The notes under the pieces are model-generated. The model saw only the letters and a list, made by a program, of their open reading frames with translations, was not told the origin of the DNA and did not search any database. Source: Chloroflexota bacterium (lineage in GTDB: Bacteria > Chloroflexota > Limnocylindria > Limnocylindrales > CSP1-4). From it: DNA of 40,290 bases. Within the stretch, counting starts at the first letter, position 1. The number at the start of each line of letters is the position of its first letter. Both the position numbers and the translations under genes were made by a program. The stretch covers positions 1 through 40,290 of the forward strand of contig JBJTJV010000051.1 in the NCBI GenBank assembly GCA_046352645.1, read 5' to 3'. Below, one piece after another: positions 17,897 through 27,507 of this stretch.

Positions 17897-19306
17897 CGCT
17901 CGCCCCGGACCGGCTGCTACCCCCCGACCCGGCGACGCGCTCGATCGCCGCGGAGCTGCTCGCATCGGTCACATCGCTGCCGATCGTCAGCCCGCACGGC
18001 CACGTGGACCCCCGCCTCCTGGCGGACCCCGCGGCCACCTTCGGGTCACGCGCCGTCCTCTTCCTCAGGCCGGACCACTACCTCCTCCGGATGCTCCCTT
18101 CCCCCGGGGTGCCGCGCGAGCGGCTCGGGATCGCGCCGCGGCCCGGGAGCGCGTCCGGCGGGCCGCCGGTCGAGGCGGACAGCCGCGTCATCTGGCAGAC
18201 GTTCGCCGACCACCTCGGCGCGTTCGACGGCACCCCGACCCGGATCTGGCTCGATCACCAGCTCGCGACCGTCTTCGGCATCGGTGAGCGGCTCACGCGC
18301 GGGAGCGCCGGGGCGATCCACGACGCGATCGCGGCGCAGCTCGCGCTCCCGGCCTTCCGGCCCCGTGCGCTCTTCGATCGGTTCGGCATCGAGGTCCTGT
18401 GCACCACGGACGACGCCGCCGATCCGCTCGACGCCCATCGGGCGATCCGCGCGTCCGGCTGGCGCGGCGACGTGCGTCCGACCTTCCGGCCGGATGGTGT
18501 CGTCAACGTCCTCGCGCCGGGCTGGCGGGCGCGGCTCGATGCGCTCGGGGCGGCGGTCGGGCAGGAGATCTCCACGACTGCGGGGCTCCTGCGCGCGCTG
18601 CGGGAGCGGCGCGAGCACTTCCGTGCGCATGGCGCGGTCGCGACCGATCACGCGGCCGAGCGGGCGGTCATCGAACCGCTCACCGAGACCGAGGCGGATG
18701 CGATCCTCGCCCGAGCCCTGCGCGGCGCGGCGACCGAGGCCGATGCCGTGCGCTTCACCGGCCACGTCCTGCTCGAGCTCGCGGGGAGGAGCGTCGAGGA
18801 CGGGCTCGTCATGCAGCTCCACATCGGCTCGTTCCGCAACCACGACGCGGCGCTCCACGAGCGCTACGGGGCGGACGTCGGCGCGGACATCCCGGTCGCC
18901 GTCGAGCTGACCCGCGGCCTCCGACCGCTCCTCGCCCGGTACGGGAACGACCCCCGGTTCCGGCTCATCGTCTTCACCCTCGACGAGACGGTCTATGCAC
19001 GGGAGCTTGCCCCGCTCGCGGGCCACTACCCGGCGCTGCTCGCCGGGCCGCCGTGGTGGTTCCACGACAGCCCGAACGGCATCGCCCGGTATCTCGATGC
19101 GCTGACGGAGACGGCGGGGATCCGCAACCTCGCCGGCTTCAACGACGACACCCGCGCGTTCTGCTCGATCCCCGCGCGCCATGACCTGTGGCGCCGGGCG
19201 AGCTGCGGCTGGCTCGCCGGCCTCGTGGTCCGGGGGATCGTCCACCCGGAGACCGCGTTCGGGATGGCGAGCCCGCCGTGCCTACCGACTGGAAGGAGCC
19301 CGATGA
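17893..19306 (+). CDS. uxaC: Glucuronate (uronate) isomerase, with an ambiguous 3' end
   Basis: MTLAPDRLLPPDPATRSIAAELLASVTSLPIVSPHGHVDPRLL is the UxaC N-terminal signature, and the length of about 470 aa fits. In the given sequence the frame runs on without a stop into the next gene. A TGA at 19304-19306 in the +1 frame overlaps the downstream ATG as ATGA and is preceded by ...ARRAYRLEGAR. Confidence 0.75.
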
Positions 19307-21642
19307 CCACGCGCGATGCTGCCCCGACCGTCCTTGCCGGCCCCGGTGACGCGCTCCGGGTGACGCTCGATCCGGTCACCGGCGCGCCCTGCCGGATCGA
19401 GACCTGGCATGCGGAGGCCGGCGACGCGGTCGACCTGGTCGTCCATGCCACGCTCGTCACCGGCGGGGACGAGGTGCGCGGCCGGATGGGCGGCCTGGAA
19501 TACCCCGGGACCCACGACGTGCTGCTCACCGGCGGCCCCCGTGCCATCCGCCCGGTGGATGCCGACGCCGGTGTGCGCGCATGGGCGATCGAGGTCGCGA
19601 CCTCCGAGCCGGACCAGTGGCGCGCCACGTGGCACGTGACGATCCATCACGGCGCGGATGCACGACCGCGCCTCGGCGTCGCGCTCGCGGTGATCGCGGC
19701 GACCGACGATGCGGTCCTGCGCGACGTCCGGGTCGCGATCGAGGTGCGCACGGGCGGCGCGGACGGCTGGCGGGTCCAGTCGCCCGGCAACCCGATCCGG
19801 CCGGACCTGCCGCTCGCCGACCTCCTGCGACCCGTGGAGGTCGCCCCTGCCGGGCAGGTCGCCGGGTCCACGGGCCTGGTCGCGCTCGAGCGGATCGGGC
19901 GCCCCCGGACCATCGTCGTGTGGCCGATCTGCGCGGACGCGATGGGCCGATCCATCCTTCACCCGGCCGATGACGGCGTGCGGCTCGACTGGACGACGGA
20001 GATCGCCGGCCGGCCCGGAGCGGGCGGCAGCCTGCGCGTGGCGACGCTTCACCTCGACGTCATCGAGCGGTCCTACCGCGATGTCCTCGGGACGCTCCCG
20101 GGTGCGATGGCCGCACTCGGCATCGTCAGCCCCGACGACCCGCCGGCATGGGGCGTGGCGACGAGCCTCTACGAGGTCCAGGTCGGGTTCGGCGTCTTCG
20201 CCGGGGGCTATCGCTACGCGCCGTATCCGACCGCGGCGGACCTCCTCGCCGACCTGCCGCGGATCGCCGAGCTGGGCTACGACGGGATCCAGATCATGCC
20301 CCGCCAGCCGTACCCGAGCTACAACGTCCACGACTACACGGACATCACGACGAGCTACGGGGACGAGGAGGACATCCGGCGCATCGTGGCGGCCTGCCAC
20401 GCCCGCGGGATGCGCGTGATCCTCGACATCCTCATGCACGGCGTCATCGACAACGAGATCCTCGAGGAGGCGATCGCCGGGGTCCGCTCGGGCCCGTACG
20501 CGGAGCGGCTGGACGAGGTGATCCCGGACATCACCTCGCTCGACACGACCGACCCGGCGGAGCAGGACCTCTATCCGATCGCGTGGTGCGCGCACGTCGT
20601 GAACTTCGGGCCCTGGTGGGCCGGCGGGTCGCCGCGGCGCCACCCGCTCGCGGACGAGCACCCCGACTGGTTCTGCCGCGACTCGGCGGGCCACATCACG
20701 GGCATCTACACGAAGGCGTTCGACCTCGCGAACCCGGAGTGGCAGACCTGGTTCATCGATGCCGCGCTCGACCTGGTGCGGCGGCTCGACATCGATGGCT
20801 TCCGGTTCGACGCCCCGAGCTACAACCAGTTCGCCAACTGGTCCGAGTCGCGCCGGCGGACCGCCTCGGCCTCCATGCTCGGCTGCCTCTCGCTCTTCGA
20901 GCGGCTCCGCCCCGCGCTGCGGGCGCTCCGGCCGGATGCGCTCCTCTACACCGAGCCGAGCGGGATCCTCTATCGCCGGACCATGGACCTCACGTACAAC
21001 TACGACGAGCAGTGGCTGATCCGGGCGGTCCTCACCGGCGGGGCGGGCCGGCGCCACTGGATCCGGAACGGCCGGGAGCTCGCGCGCTGGTTCGCCGACC
21101 GGGACGCGGCGCTCCCGCGCGGATCGATCACCGCCCACCACCTCGATTCGCATGATTCGTTCTGGTGGGCGCACCCGGGACAGAAGTGGCGCCGCGAGCA
21201 GTACGGGATAGCGGCGACGGCGGCGCTGATGACGGTGTTCACGCTGAGCGGCGGTCCGTACATGACGTTCGTCGGCGGCGAGGTCGGTATCGAGGGGGCG
21301 GTGCGACGGGTCCACGCGATCCGCGCTGCCCACCCCGTGTTCGCACAGGGGGTCTCCGATCCCGATGCGGTGGACGCCGGGGACGACCGCGTGTATGCCG
21401 TGGTCCGGCGGCTGGGCGATACGGCCGGGATCCTCCTCGTCAATCTCTCGGACGCCGCGCTCGAGCTCGAGGTGACGGTGGCCGCGTGGACGCTGCGGGA
21501 CGGCGGTGGGAAGGTCGTCGCGGACGACCTGATCGGCGGCGGCACGCTCGCCTGGGCGCCTGCTGCCGACGGACGTCGGGTGGCGTCGATCCGCCTTGGG
21601 ACGTGGGGTGCGGCCGCCCTCGTCGCGCGGCCCGAAGGCTGA
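19303..21642 (+). CDS. Alpha-amylase-family (GH13-like) enzyme with an unrecognised N-terminal domain of about 290 aa
   Basis: GGAAGGAG lies 4 nt upstream of the ATG at 19303. Motifs are ELGYDGIQIMP, MRVILDILMHG, IDGFRFDA, LYTEP and HHLDSHDS (GH13 conserved regions I-IV pattern). Confidence 0.75.
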   Translation: MTTRDAAPTVLAGPGDALRVTLDPVTGAPCRIETWHAEAGDAVDLVVHATLVTGGDEVRGRMGGLEYPGTHDVLLTGGPRAIRPVDADAGVRAWAIEVATSEPDQWRATWHVTIHHGADARPRLGVALAVIAATDDAVLRDVRVAIEVRTGGADGWRVQSPGNPIRPDLPLADLLRPVEVAPAGQVAGSTGLVALERIGRPRTIVVWPICADAMGRSILHPADDGVRLDWTTEIAGRPGAGGSLRVATLHLDVIERSYRDVLGTLPGAMAALGIVSPDDPPAWGVATSLYEVQVGFGVFAGGYRYAPYPTAADLLADLPRIAELGYDGIQIMPRQPYPSYNVHDYTDITTSYGDEEDIRRIVAACHARGMRVILDILMHGVIDNEILEEAIAGVRSGPYAERLDEVIPDITSLDTTDPAEQDLYPIAWCAHVVNFGPWWAGGSPRRHPLADEHPDWFCRDSAGHITGIYTKAFDLANPEWQTWFIDAALDLVRRLDIDGFRFDAPSYNQFANWSESRRRTASASMLGCLSLFERLRPALRALRPDALLYTEPSGILYRRTMDLTYNYDEQWLIRAVLTGGAGRRHWIRNGRELARWFADRDAALPRGSITAHHLDSHDSFWWAHPGQKWRREQYGIAATAALMTVFTLSGGPYMTFVGGEVGIEGAVRRVHAIRAAHPVFAQGVSDPDAVDAGDDRVYAVVRRLGDTAGILLVNLSDAALELEVTVAAWTLRDGGGKVVADDLIGGGTLAWAPAADGRRVASIRLGTWGAAALVARPEG

Positions 21643-21656
21643 CGCCCTCCGTCAGC
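21638..21656. terminator. Hairpin between convergent genes (GCTGACG-ccctc-CGTCAGC)
   Basis: 7-bp stem and 5-nt loop. Each arm contains the stop codon of one of the two convergent genes. There is no U-tract. Confidence 0.3.
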
Positions 21657-22407
21657 CCCCCGTGACCCAGCGGGCGATCGCCTGCCACATCCGCGCGTAG
21701 CCGTCCCAGGCGACGAACGGCGGCGGGCACCAGTGCGGCCCGCAGTCCGACGTGAAGGCGACCGAGCGGCCTGCGCCGTGCGTGCCCGCCACGAGCAGCG
21801 GGTCGTCGCCCACCGTCGCCACGACGTCCGCGCCCGGCCGCGCCGTGACGCGGTTGTAGCCGAGCAGGTCCGGCCAGGCCGACGGCAGCCCGTCCGCGAT
21901 CGGATGCCCCGGCAGGCGCACGCGCGGCGCGACGCCCCCGGGGGCTTCCACCCGGTCGTCGACGGGGAGGAGCGTCACCGGCAGCGCGGCCTCCACGGGG
22001 CTTCCCGCGTAGCGCGCCTTCGCGTCGATGCCCTGGAAGGTCAGGTAGCCGCCGACCATCACGAGGCCACCGCCCGCCGCCACGTAGTCGCGGATCGCCA
22101 CGAGACGGTCCGCGTGCGGGATCGAGCGCTCGAAGGTCTCCGGGTGGAGCAGGAGCGTGTTGGCGCCGATGTCGCTGAGGATCACCGCGTCGTACGCCCC
22201 GAGCGCCTCCGCGGTCTCCGGGAAGGAGCGCGCGGCGACATGCGCGGGCTGGTAGTCGATCGTGTAGCCGCCCGCCACGAGCGCGTCGCGGAGCGGCCCG
22301 ACCCCTTCCGCGTAGGCGGTCGTCGTGAAGTTGTCGAAGCCCTTCTGGTGGATGCTGTGGACGACCCACGATTCGCCCGCGATGAGGATCCGTCGCGACC
22401 GGTCCAT
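21652..22407 (-). CDS. DUF1355-like putative glutamine-amidotransferase-fold protein
   Basis: MDRSRRILIAGESWVVHSIHQKGFDNFTTTAYAEG...VMVGGYLTFQG...FTSDCGPHW. GGGAGGGAAG lies upstream of the ATG at 22407. The 1176-aa ORF in the track is a spurious upstream extension. Confidence 0.7.
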   Translation of the reverse strand: MDRSRRILIAGESWVVHSIHQKGFDNFTTTAYAEGVGPLRDALVAGGYTIDYQPAHVAARSFPETAEALGAYDAVILSDIGANTLLLHPETFERSIPHADRLVAIRDYVAAGGGLVMVGGYLTFQGIDAKARYAGSPVEAALPVTLLPVDDRVEAPGGVAPRVRLPGHPIADGLPSAWPDLLGYNRVTARPGADVVATVGDDPLLVAGTHGAGRSVAFTSDCGPHWCPPPFVAWDGYARMWQAIARWVTGG

Positions 22408-22439
22408 CCGTCTTCCCTCCCGCGTCTCCGAGCCGGCGG

Positions 22440-23504
22440 TCAGGCGCCGGCGGCCTTTGTCGTGATCCGCTCGAGGAGCGAGGTCCACGAGGCGACGAAC
22501 GCGTCCGCTCCCTTCCGCTGGAGGTCGGCCGCCGCGGCGTCGAGGTCGTAGCCCGCGGCCCGGAAGGGTGCGAGCGCGTCCGGACCCGCCGGGTCCAGCA
22601 CCGTCACCGGCACCTCGGCGGCACCCGCGGCGAGGAGCGTCTCCTCGGGCATCGTGTCCACCGTGTCCGGCGCGGCGAGGCCCGCGACGTAGAACGTGGG
22701 CGGCGCGGCCGGGTCCTTGGTGCCCGTGCTCGCGAAGAGAAGCCGCTGTGGCCGCGCCCCCTGTGCCCGGAGCGCCGCCCAGCGCGGCGAGGAGAAGAAG
22801 CGCACGTGGTCCGCGTGCGCCTGCGCGCCGATCGCGAGGCCGAGCCGGCCGCGCAGGGACTCCGGCAGCGCGGCGGCCGAGTAGGGATCCCAGCGGCTGA
22901 TGAAGAGCGAGGCGACGGACGCCACCGCCGGCGACGCACCCGCCGCGATGCGCCGCTCGATGCCGCGCGTGTACGCCTCCGCGGACGCGAGGACGTCCGC
23001 GGACGAGAAGAGGAGCGTGACGTTCACCGGGATCCCGGCGAGGATCGTCTCCTCGATCGCGGGCAGGCCCTGCGCGGTCCCCGGGATCTTGATGAGCAGG
23101 TTCGGCCGGCCGGCGAGGCCCGCGAGGTGCTGCGCCTGGGCCACGGTCGCCGCGGTGTCGTACGCGATCGCCGGAGAGACCTCCAGGGAGACGTACCCGT
23201 CCACGCCGTCCGTCCGGTCGTGGATCGGTCGGAAGAGGTCCGCCGCTCGCGTCAGGTCGTCCAGCGCCAGCGCGAAGAAGGTCTCCTCGCCGTCCCGCCC
23301 CGCGCGGGCGGAGGCCGTCACCTGCGCGTCGTACGCGTCCGAGCCGCCGATCGCCTTGTCGTAGATCGTGGGGTTGGAGGTCAGGCCGGTGACGTGGAGC
23401 TCGTCGATATAGCGGCGGAGCGTGCCGCTGTCGAGCAGGCCGCGGGTGATGTTGTCCAGCCAGAGGCTCTGGCCTGCCTCGGCGAGGGCGCGCGTCGTCC
23501 GCAT
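22440..23504 (-). CDS. tal: Transaldolase (long actinobacterial type)
   Basis: GQSLWLDNITRGLLDSGTLRRYIDELHVTGLTSNPTIYDKAI and LLIKIPGT (Schiff-base Lys region). Confidence 0.85.
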   Translation of the reverse strand: MRTTRALAEAGQSLWLDNITRGLLDSGTLRRYIDELHVTGLTSNPTIYDKAIGGSDAYDAQVTASARAGRDGEETFFALALDDLTRAADLFRPIHDRTDGVDGYVSLEVSPAIAYDTAATVAQAQHLAGLAGRPNLLIKIPGTAQGLPAIEETILAGIPVNVTLLFSSADVLASAEAYTRGIERRIAAGASPAVASVASLFISRWDPYSAAALPESLRGRLGLAIGAQAHADHVRFFSSPRWAALRAQGARPQRLLFASTGTKDPAAPPTFYVAGLAAPDTVDTMPEETLLAAGAAEVPVTVLDPAGPDALAPFRAAGYDLDAAAADLQRKGADAFVASWTSLLERITTKAAGA

Positions 23505-23576
23505 CGGGGGGTTCGCTCCGTGTCTCGGTCGTGGGGATCGGGGGCCGCGAGCCCGGGCCGGGGGGCGGGCCCCGGC

Positions 23577-23605
23577 GCGTCCGTCCGGGCCGCCGGCACG
23601 GACGC
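23577..23605 (-). terminator. Stem-loop downstream of the MFS gene (GCGTCCGT-N13-ACGGACGC)
   Basis: 8-bp GC-rich stem, 20 nt after the TAG stop at 23625. A second hairpin, GCCGGGG...CCCCGGC, lies just beyond it. There is no U-tract. Confidence 0.3.
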
Positions 23606-23624
23606 CGGGCTCGTCCGGCAGACG

Positions 23625-24851
23625 CTACCCGATTCCGGGCTGCGGGGTCGCGCGCCGCCGTCCGAGCGCGACCGCGGCAAGGACGAGCGGCGCCGTCGCG
23701 GCCGCCAGGATCGCCGCGCCCACGACCGCCGCGGCGAGCCCCGCCGTCTCGGAGATGACCCCCATGAGCGGCGGGTAGACGATCGCCCCGGCGACGCCGA
23801 TGCTCGCGAGGATGCTGCCCACGAGGTTCGCGCGGCCCGGGTAGAGGTCCCCGCCGACCGCCATGACCATGGGGTAGATCGGTCCGGCGGCGAGGCCCGC
23901 GAGCGCGAAGCAGACCATCCGCGCACCGAGGTCCGGCATCACGACCGCGCCCGCGATGGCACCGGCGCAGGCGAGCGAGGCGCCGACCGCGATCGCCCGT
24001 GGCGTGAACCGCCGCGTGAGCACGGTCGCCCCGGCGCGCCCCGCTGCGAGCGCCCCCCAGAAGAGCGAGAGCGAGAGGGTCGCGAGGCCGAGGTCCGCCT
24101 CCTCGAGGTACCGCACGAGCCAGCTCGACAGCCCGATCTCCATCGCGATGTAGCAGCCCAGCCCGAGCGCGAGGACGGCGAGCGGCAGGTAGAGGGAGGC
24201 GCCCGCGCTGCGCAGGCGCCTGCCGGGCGCGCTGCCTGCGTGGCCGTCGGCCGCGGTGCGCGGGCGCCGCCCGGACGGCATCGCGTGGAGCGCGAGCGCG
24301 CCGGCGATCGCCGCCGCCGCGCCGGCCGTGCCGAGGAGCACTGCCTGCCAGGGCACCCCGGCCTCCACGAGCCGGCCCGTGGTCACCGGCCCGATGAACG
24401 CACCGAGCGCAAGCCACAGGTGGAGCCGGCTGAGCGGACGCGCGGCATCGCGCGGGTGGAGGTCCAGGAAGAGCGCGTTCACGCCGGAATCGAGCATCCC
24501 GCAGCCCGCGCCGAAGATCGTGAAGCCGACCACGAAGCCCGCCCAGGCAGGGGAGAGCGCGCACAGGACGAGACCGAGCGCGAGGAGCAGCCCGCCCGAC
24601 GTCAGCCCGGGCCGGCGCAGGCCCCGGGCGGTGAGCACCCCGATCCCGATGGAGCCCGCGATGTACGCGATGCTGTCGAAGAGGTACGCGCCGCCCATCG
24701 TCGCGTCGTCCGCGCGGAAGTGCGCCTGGACGTCGCGGATGAGCGCAGGCATGAGGACGATCGACCAGCCGACGAGGAAGAAGGCGACGGACCCGGCGCG
24801 CACGAGCCCGCGGCGGTCCTCGTGAGCCACCGGCGGTTCGGGCGTGGACAC
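23625..24851 (-). CDS. MFS transporter
   Basis: Polytopic hydrophobic protein. The GTG start at 24851 (VSTPEPP) has GGGAG 5 nt upstream. It ends in TAG. Confidence 0.75.
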   Translation of the reverse strand: MSTPEPPVAHEDRRGLVRAGSVAFFLVGWSIVLMPALIRDVQAHFRADDATMGGAYLFDSIAYIAGSIGIGVLTARGLRRPGLTSGGLLLALGLVLCALSPAWAGFVVGFTIFGAGCGMLDSGVNALFLDLHPRDAARPLSRLHLWLALGAFIGPVTTGRLVEAGVPWQAVLLGTAGAAAAIAGALALHAMPSGRRPRTAADGHAGSAPGRRLRSAGASLYLPLAVLALGLGCYIAMEIGLSSWLVRYLEEADLGLATLSLSLFWGALAAGRAGATVLTRRFTPRAIAVGASLACAGAIAGAVVMPDLGARMVCFALAGLAAGPIYPMVMAVGGDLYPGRANLVGSILASIGVAGAIVYPPLMGVISETAGLAAAVVGAAILAAATAPLVLAAVALGRRRATPQPGIG

Positions 24852-24943
24852 GCGGTCTCCCGGGGCGGCGCGGATGGGCCGCCGTAGCGTAGCGGGCAGC
24901 CGGCTGACCCGGCAGCGCCCGGTGCCCGGCGGGCGGTCTCCCG

Positions 24944-26272
24944 TCAGGCGGCCTGCGCCACCGTCCGGCGCGCGGCGCGGTCCAGCCGCCCGAGCGCCTC
25001 GTCGAGGTCCGCGTCCGTGTGCGCGGCCGAGATCCCGTGGTGCCAGCCGTGGTGCAGGTAGACGCCCTCGGCGAGGGCGTTGCCGTAGAAGCGCAGCTCC
25101 GTGGCCCGGTCCGCCCCCGCCACGTCGCGCCACGTCCGCGGCGTCCCCGCGATCCCGAAGAGCAGGCTGAAGCGCGGCCCATACGCCTGCACCCCGCAGA
25201 CGAGCCCGGCGTCGGCGAGCAGGTCGCGCACGCCGCCGACGAACCGCTCGGCCCGGGCGAGGAAGGGCGCGTAGAAGCCGGGCTCGGTCACGACGTCGAG
25301 GAACGCGATGCCTGCCATGATCGGCAGCAGGTGCGCCATGAACGTGCCGCTGTGGACGGCCTTGCCGAGCGGGGAGACGTTGGACATCACGTCCCGCCGG
25401 CCCACGACCGCGCCGAGCGCCTGTCCGCCGCCGAGCGCCTTGCCGAGCGCGGTGAGGTCCGGCGTGACGCCGAGCTCGCCCTGGGCGCCGGAGGGGTTCG
25501 TGCGGAAGCCGGTCAGGATCTCGTCGAAGATCAGGAGGGCGCCGTTCGCGTGGACGATCTCCTTCACGGCGGCGAGGTAGCCGGGGAGCGGGTGGATCGT
25601 CCCCGAATCGATGTTCACCGGCTCCATCACGACGGCGGCGATCCGCCCCCGCTCGGCGGCGAAGGCCGCACGGAGCGCGTCGATGTCGTTCCACGGCAGC
25701 ACGCGGATCGCGTCGCGCTCGGCGGCAGGGATGCCCGCGGATTCCGGGCGCACGTTGGGATGCGCGGGGTCACCGGCATCCGCGAGGCTCGGCCAGAAGC
25801 TGTAGCCGAGCGAATCGCTGAAGCCGTGGAAGTGCCCCTCGAACTTCACGATCAGCTCGCGTCCCGTGGCGGCGCGGGCGATGCGCGCGGCATGCCACAC
25901 GGTCTCGGTCCCCGAGCCGGTGAACCGTACGAGCTCGGCGGACGGCACGAGCTCCGTGAGGCGGCGTGCGAGCTGCGCCTGGAAGGGGGTGTCGTGGCCG
26001 CACAGGACGCCCATGTCCAGCGCCTGCTCGATCGCGGCGCGGATACGCGGGTGCCCGTGACCCAGGAGCGTCGCGCCGAAGGAGGTCTCGAGGTCGATGT
26101 AGCGGCGGCCGTCCACGTCCGTGACCCACGCGCCCTCGCCCTTCGCGGTGAGGAACGGTCGCCCGAGCGCCGGGTGGAACCGCGCCGCCGCGGCGACACC
26201 GCCGGGCATCACCGCGCGCGCATCGGCGGAGAGGCGCTCGGCGATGGGGGCGGCGGGAGACGGGACAGCCAT
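24944..26272 (-). CDS. Class-III PLP-dependent aminotransferase (glutamate-1-semialdehyde aminomutase-like)
   Basis: The start is at MAVPSPAAP, with GGAGG upstream. Motifs are FTGSGTETV, VMEPV and LGKALGGGQALGAVVG (PLP-lysine motif). Confidence 0.85.
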   Translation of the reverse strand: MAVPSPAAPIAERLSADARAVMPGGVAAAARFHPALGRPFLTAKGEGAWVTDVDGRRYIDLETSFGATLLGHGHPRIRAAIEQALDMGVLCGHDTPFQAQLARRLTELVPSAELVRFTGSGTETVWHAARIARAATGRELIVKFEGHFHGFSDSLGYSFWPSLADAGDPAHPNVRPESAGIPAAERDAIRVLPWNDIDALRAAFAAERGRIAAVVMEPVNIDSGTIHPLPGYLAAVKEIVHANGALLIFDEILTGFRTNPSGAQGELGVTPDLTALGKALGGGQALGAVVGRRDVMSNVSPLGKAVHSGTFMAHLLPIMAGIAFLDVVTEPGFYAPFLARAERFVGGVRDLLADAGLVCGVQAYGPRFSLLFGIAGTPRTWRDVAGADRATELRFYGNALAEGVYLHHGWHHGISAAHTDADLDEALGRLDRAARRTVAQAA

Positions 26273-26293
26273 GGCGGTGACCTCCGGGAGGGG

Positions 26294-26309
26294 TATGATG
26301 TGATCATAT
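26294..26309. promoter_or_regulatory. AT-rich divergent promoter/operator region: TATGAT hexamers on both strands flank the imperfect palindrome ATGTGATCATAT
   Basis: This is the only AT-rich stretch in the window. TATGAT is at 26294-26299 on the plus strand and at 26308-26303 on the minus strand. A 10/12 palindrome lies at 26298-26309, centred on TGATCA, between the aminotransferase and GntR genes. Confidence 0.4.
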
Positions 26310-26339
26310 GTACGGTATCGAATCTTTCCGCACAGCGTG

Positions 26340-27047
26340 ATGGCTCGCCGCCGACCGATCGGCACGGAGGACCCGCTCGATGCGCTGCGCGGTCTGCCGG
26401 CTGCATCGCGCACGCTGAGCCAGTCCGTCGCAGACCGGCTCCGGCGCCTGATCGTCACCGGCCGCCTCCAGCCCGGCGACCCGCTGCGGCTCGCGACGAT
26501 CGCCGCGCGGCTCGATGTGAGCGTCCAGCCGGTCCGCGAGGCCGTCCGACTCCTCGCCGCCGAGGGCCTCGTGGTCATCGAGCCGCACCGTGGGGCCTAC
26601 GTGGCGCGGCTGTCGGTGGAGGACGTGGAGGAGCTGTACGCGGTGCGCATCGCGCTCGAGGGGCTCATCGCCCGGGTCGCTGCGGAGCGCCTGACGGACG
26701 CGGATGTCCGCGCCCTCGACGCGGCGTTCGCTGCGATGGAAGCGTGCGCGGGCGCGGGCGATCGTGACGGCTTCATCGCCGCCGATCGCTCCTTCCACCG
26801 GCGCCTCTATGCGGTCGCGGGACGGCCGCGGCTCCTTGCGCGGATCATCGACCTCTGGGACGCGAGCACGCGCGCCCAGCCCGCGGTCCACGGATCGTGG
26901 GCTACGCTCGCGGACGCAGTCGCCGACCACGCGCCGCTCCTCGCGGCGATCCGTCGGCACGATGCGCCCGGCGCCGAGGCCGCGACCCGCGAACACCTCG
27001 AGCGGGCCGCGGGCAACGTCCTCGCCGCTCTTCGCGCCGCACCATGA
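26340..27047 (+). CDS. GntR-family transcriptional regulator (FadR/FCD subfamily)
   Basis: The winged-HTH region reads LSQSVADRLRRLIVTGRLQPGDPLRLATIAARLDVSVQPVREAVRLLAAEGLV. It is followed by an all-helical FCD-type C-terminal domain. Confidence 0.85.
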   Translation: MARRRPIGTEDPLDALRGLPAASRTLSQSVADRLRRLIVTGRLQPGDPLRLATIAARLDVSVQPVREAVRLLAAEGLVVIEPHRGAYVARLSVEDVEELYAVRIALEGLIARVAAERLTDADVRALDAAFAAMEACAGAGDRDGFIAADRSFHRRLYAVAGRPRLLARIIDLWDASTRAQPAVHGSWATLADAVADHAPLLAAIRRHDAPGAEAATREHLERAAGNVLAALRAAP

Positions 27048-27090
27048 TCCATCGAACGCCGCCACCCGGCGGTCCCCAGGGAGCTCGCTG

Positions 27091-27507
27091 ATGCCCTACG
27101 TCCCCGATGCCGACGCGGTCGCGCGTCCCGACGCCGACCTGCGCGCGCTCGCCGCGCGCAACGGCCCCGGCCCCTGGCGCGTCGCGCTCGCGGGCGATGC
27201 CGGCGCCCGCGCCGTCCTGCTCGGCTGGCCGCCCGGCTTCGTGACGATCCCACACGTCCACCCCGGCGCGAGCGAGATCTTCCTCGTGCAGGCGGGCCGC
27301 CTCGGGTTCCGGCTCGACGACCGCCCGGAGGTGGAGCTCGGCCCGGGCTCCTTCCTCGTCGCCCGTCCGCGCGAGCTCCACGGCCTGCGCGTCCTGGGCG
27401 GGTCGCCCGCGGTCCTGCTCGCGATCGTGGGCCCCAACGAGGACCGGCCGGACGAGATGATCGAAGACCCGGCGGCATGGCCGGGCTGGGGGAGCGCTGC
27501 CCGATGA
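27091..27507 (+). CDS. Cupin-domain protein
   Basis: AGGGAG lies 7 nt upstream of the ATG at 27091. VTIPHVHPGASEIFLVQAGRL...ELHGL is the two-motif cupin signature. The stop overlaps the next start (ATGA). Confidence 0.7.
   Translation: MPYVPDADAVARPDADLRALAARNGPGPWRVALAGDAGARAVLLGWPPGFVTIPHVHPGASEIFLVQAGRLGFRLDDRPEVELGPGSFLVARPRELHGLRVLGGSPAVLLAIVGPNEDRPDEMIEDPAAWPGWGSAAR

Noticed and set aside
14888-17965. 1025-aa minus-strand ORF. Similar long ORFs are 261..2606(-), 3409..5043(-), 19282..21333(-), 22806..24887(+), 25019..26767(+), 27096..28412(-), 32913..34463(-), 34671..36191(+), 35750..37090(+) and 37875..40196(+)
   Set aside because: Each overlaps, in antisense or in an alternative frame, a gene with recognisable motifs. 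The translations are Arg/Pro/Gly-rich with no domain signatures. They are treated as GC-driven artefacts.
13672-23504. A sulfoquinovose (sulfo-transaldolase-type) pathway, suggested by GH31, transaldolase, a mutarotase-like gene and exporters
   Set aside because: The genes lie in separate operons. I cannot identify sulfoquinovosidase-specific residues by eye. No sulfolactaldehyde dehydrogenase/reductase or sulfosugar isomerase is evident. The idea is too speculative to report as a finding.
21652-25182. 1176-aa ORF apparently spanning four genes
   Set aside because: Only the last 251 codons (from ATG 22407, which has a ribosome-binding site) look like a real protein (DUF1355-like). The upstream part runs in an alternative frame across the transaldolase and MFS genes on the same strand.
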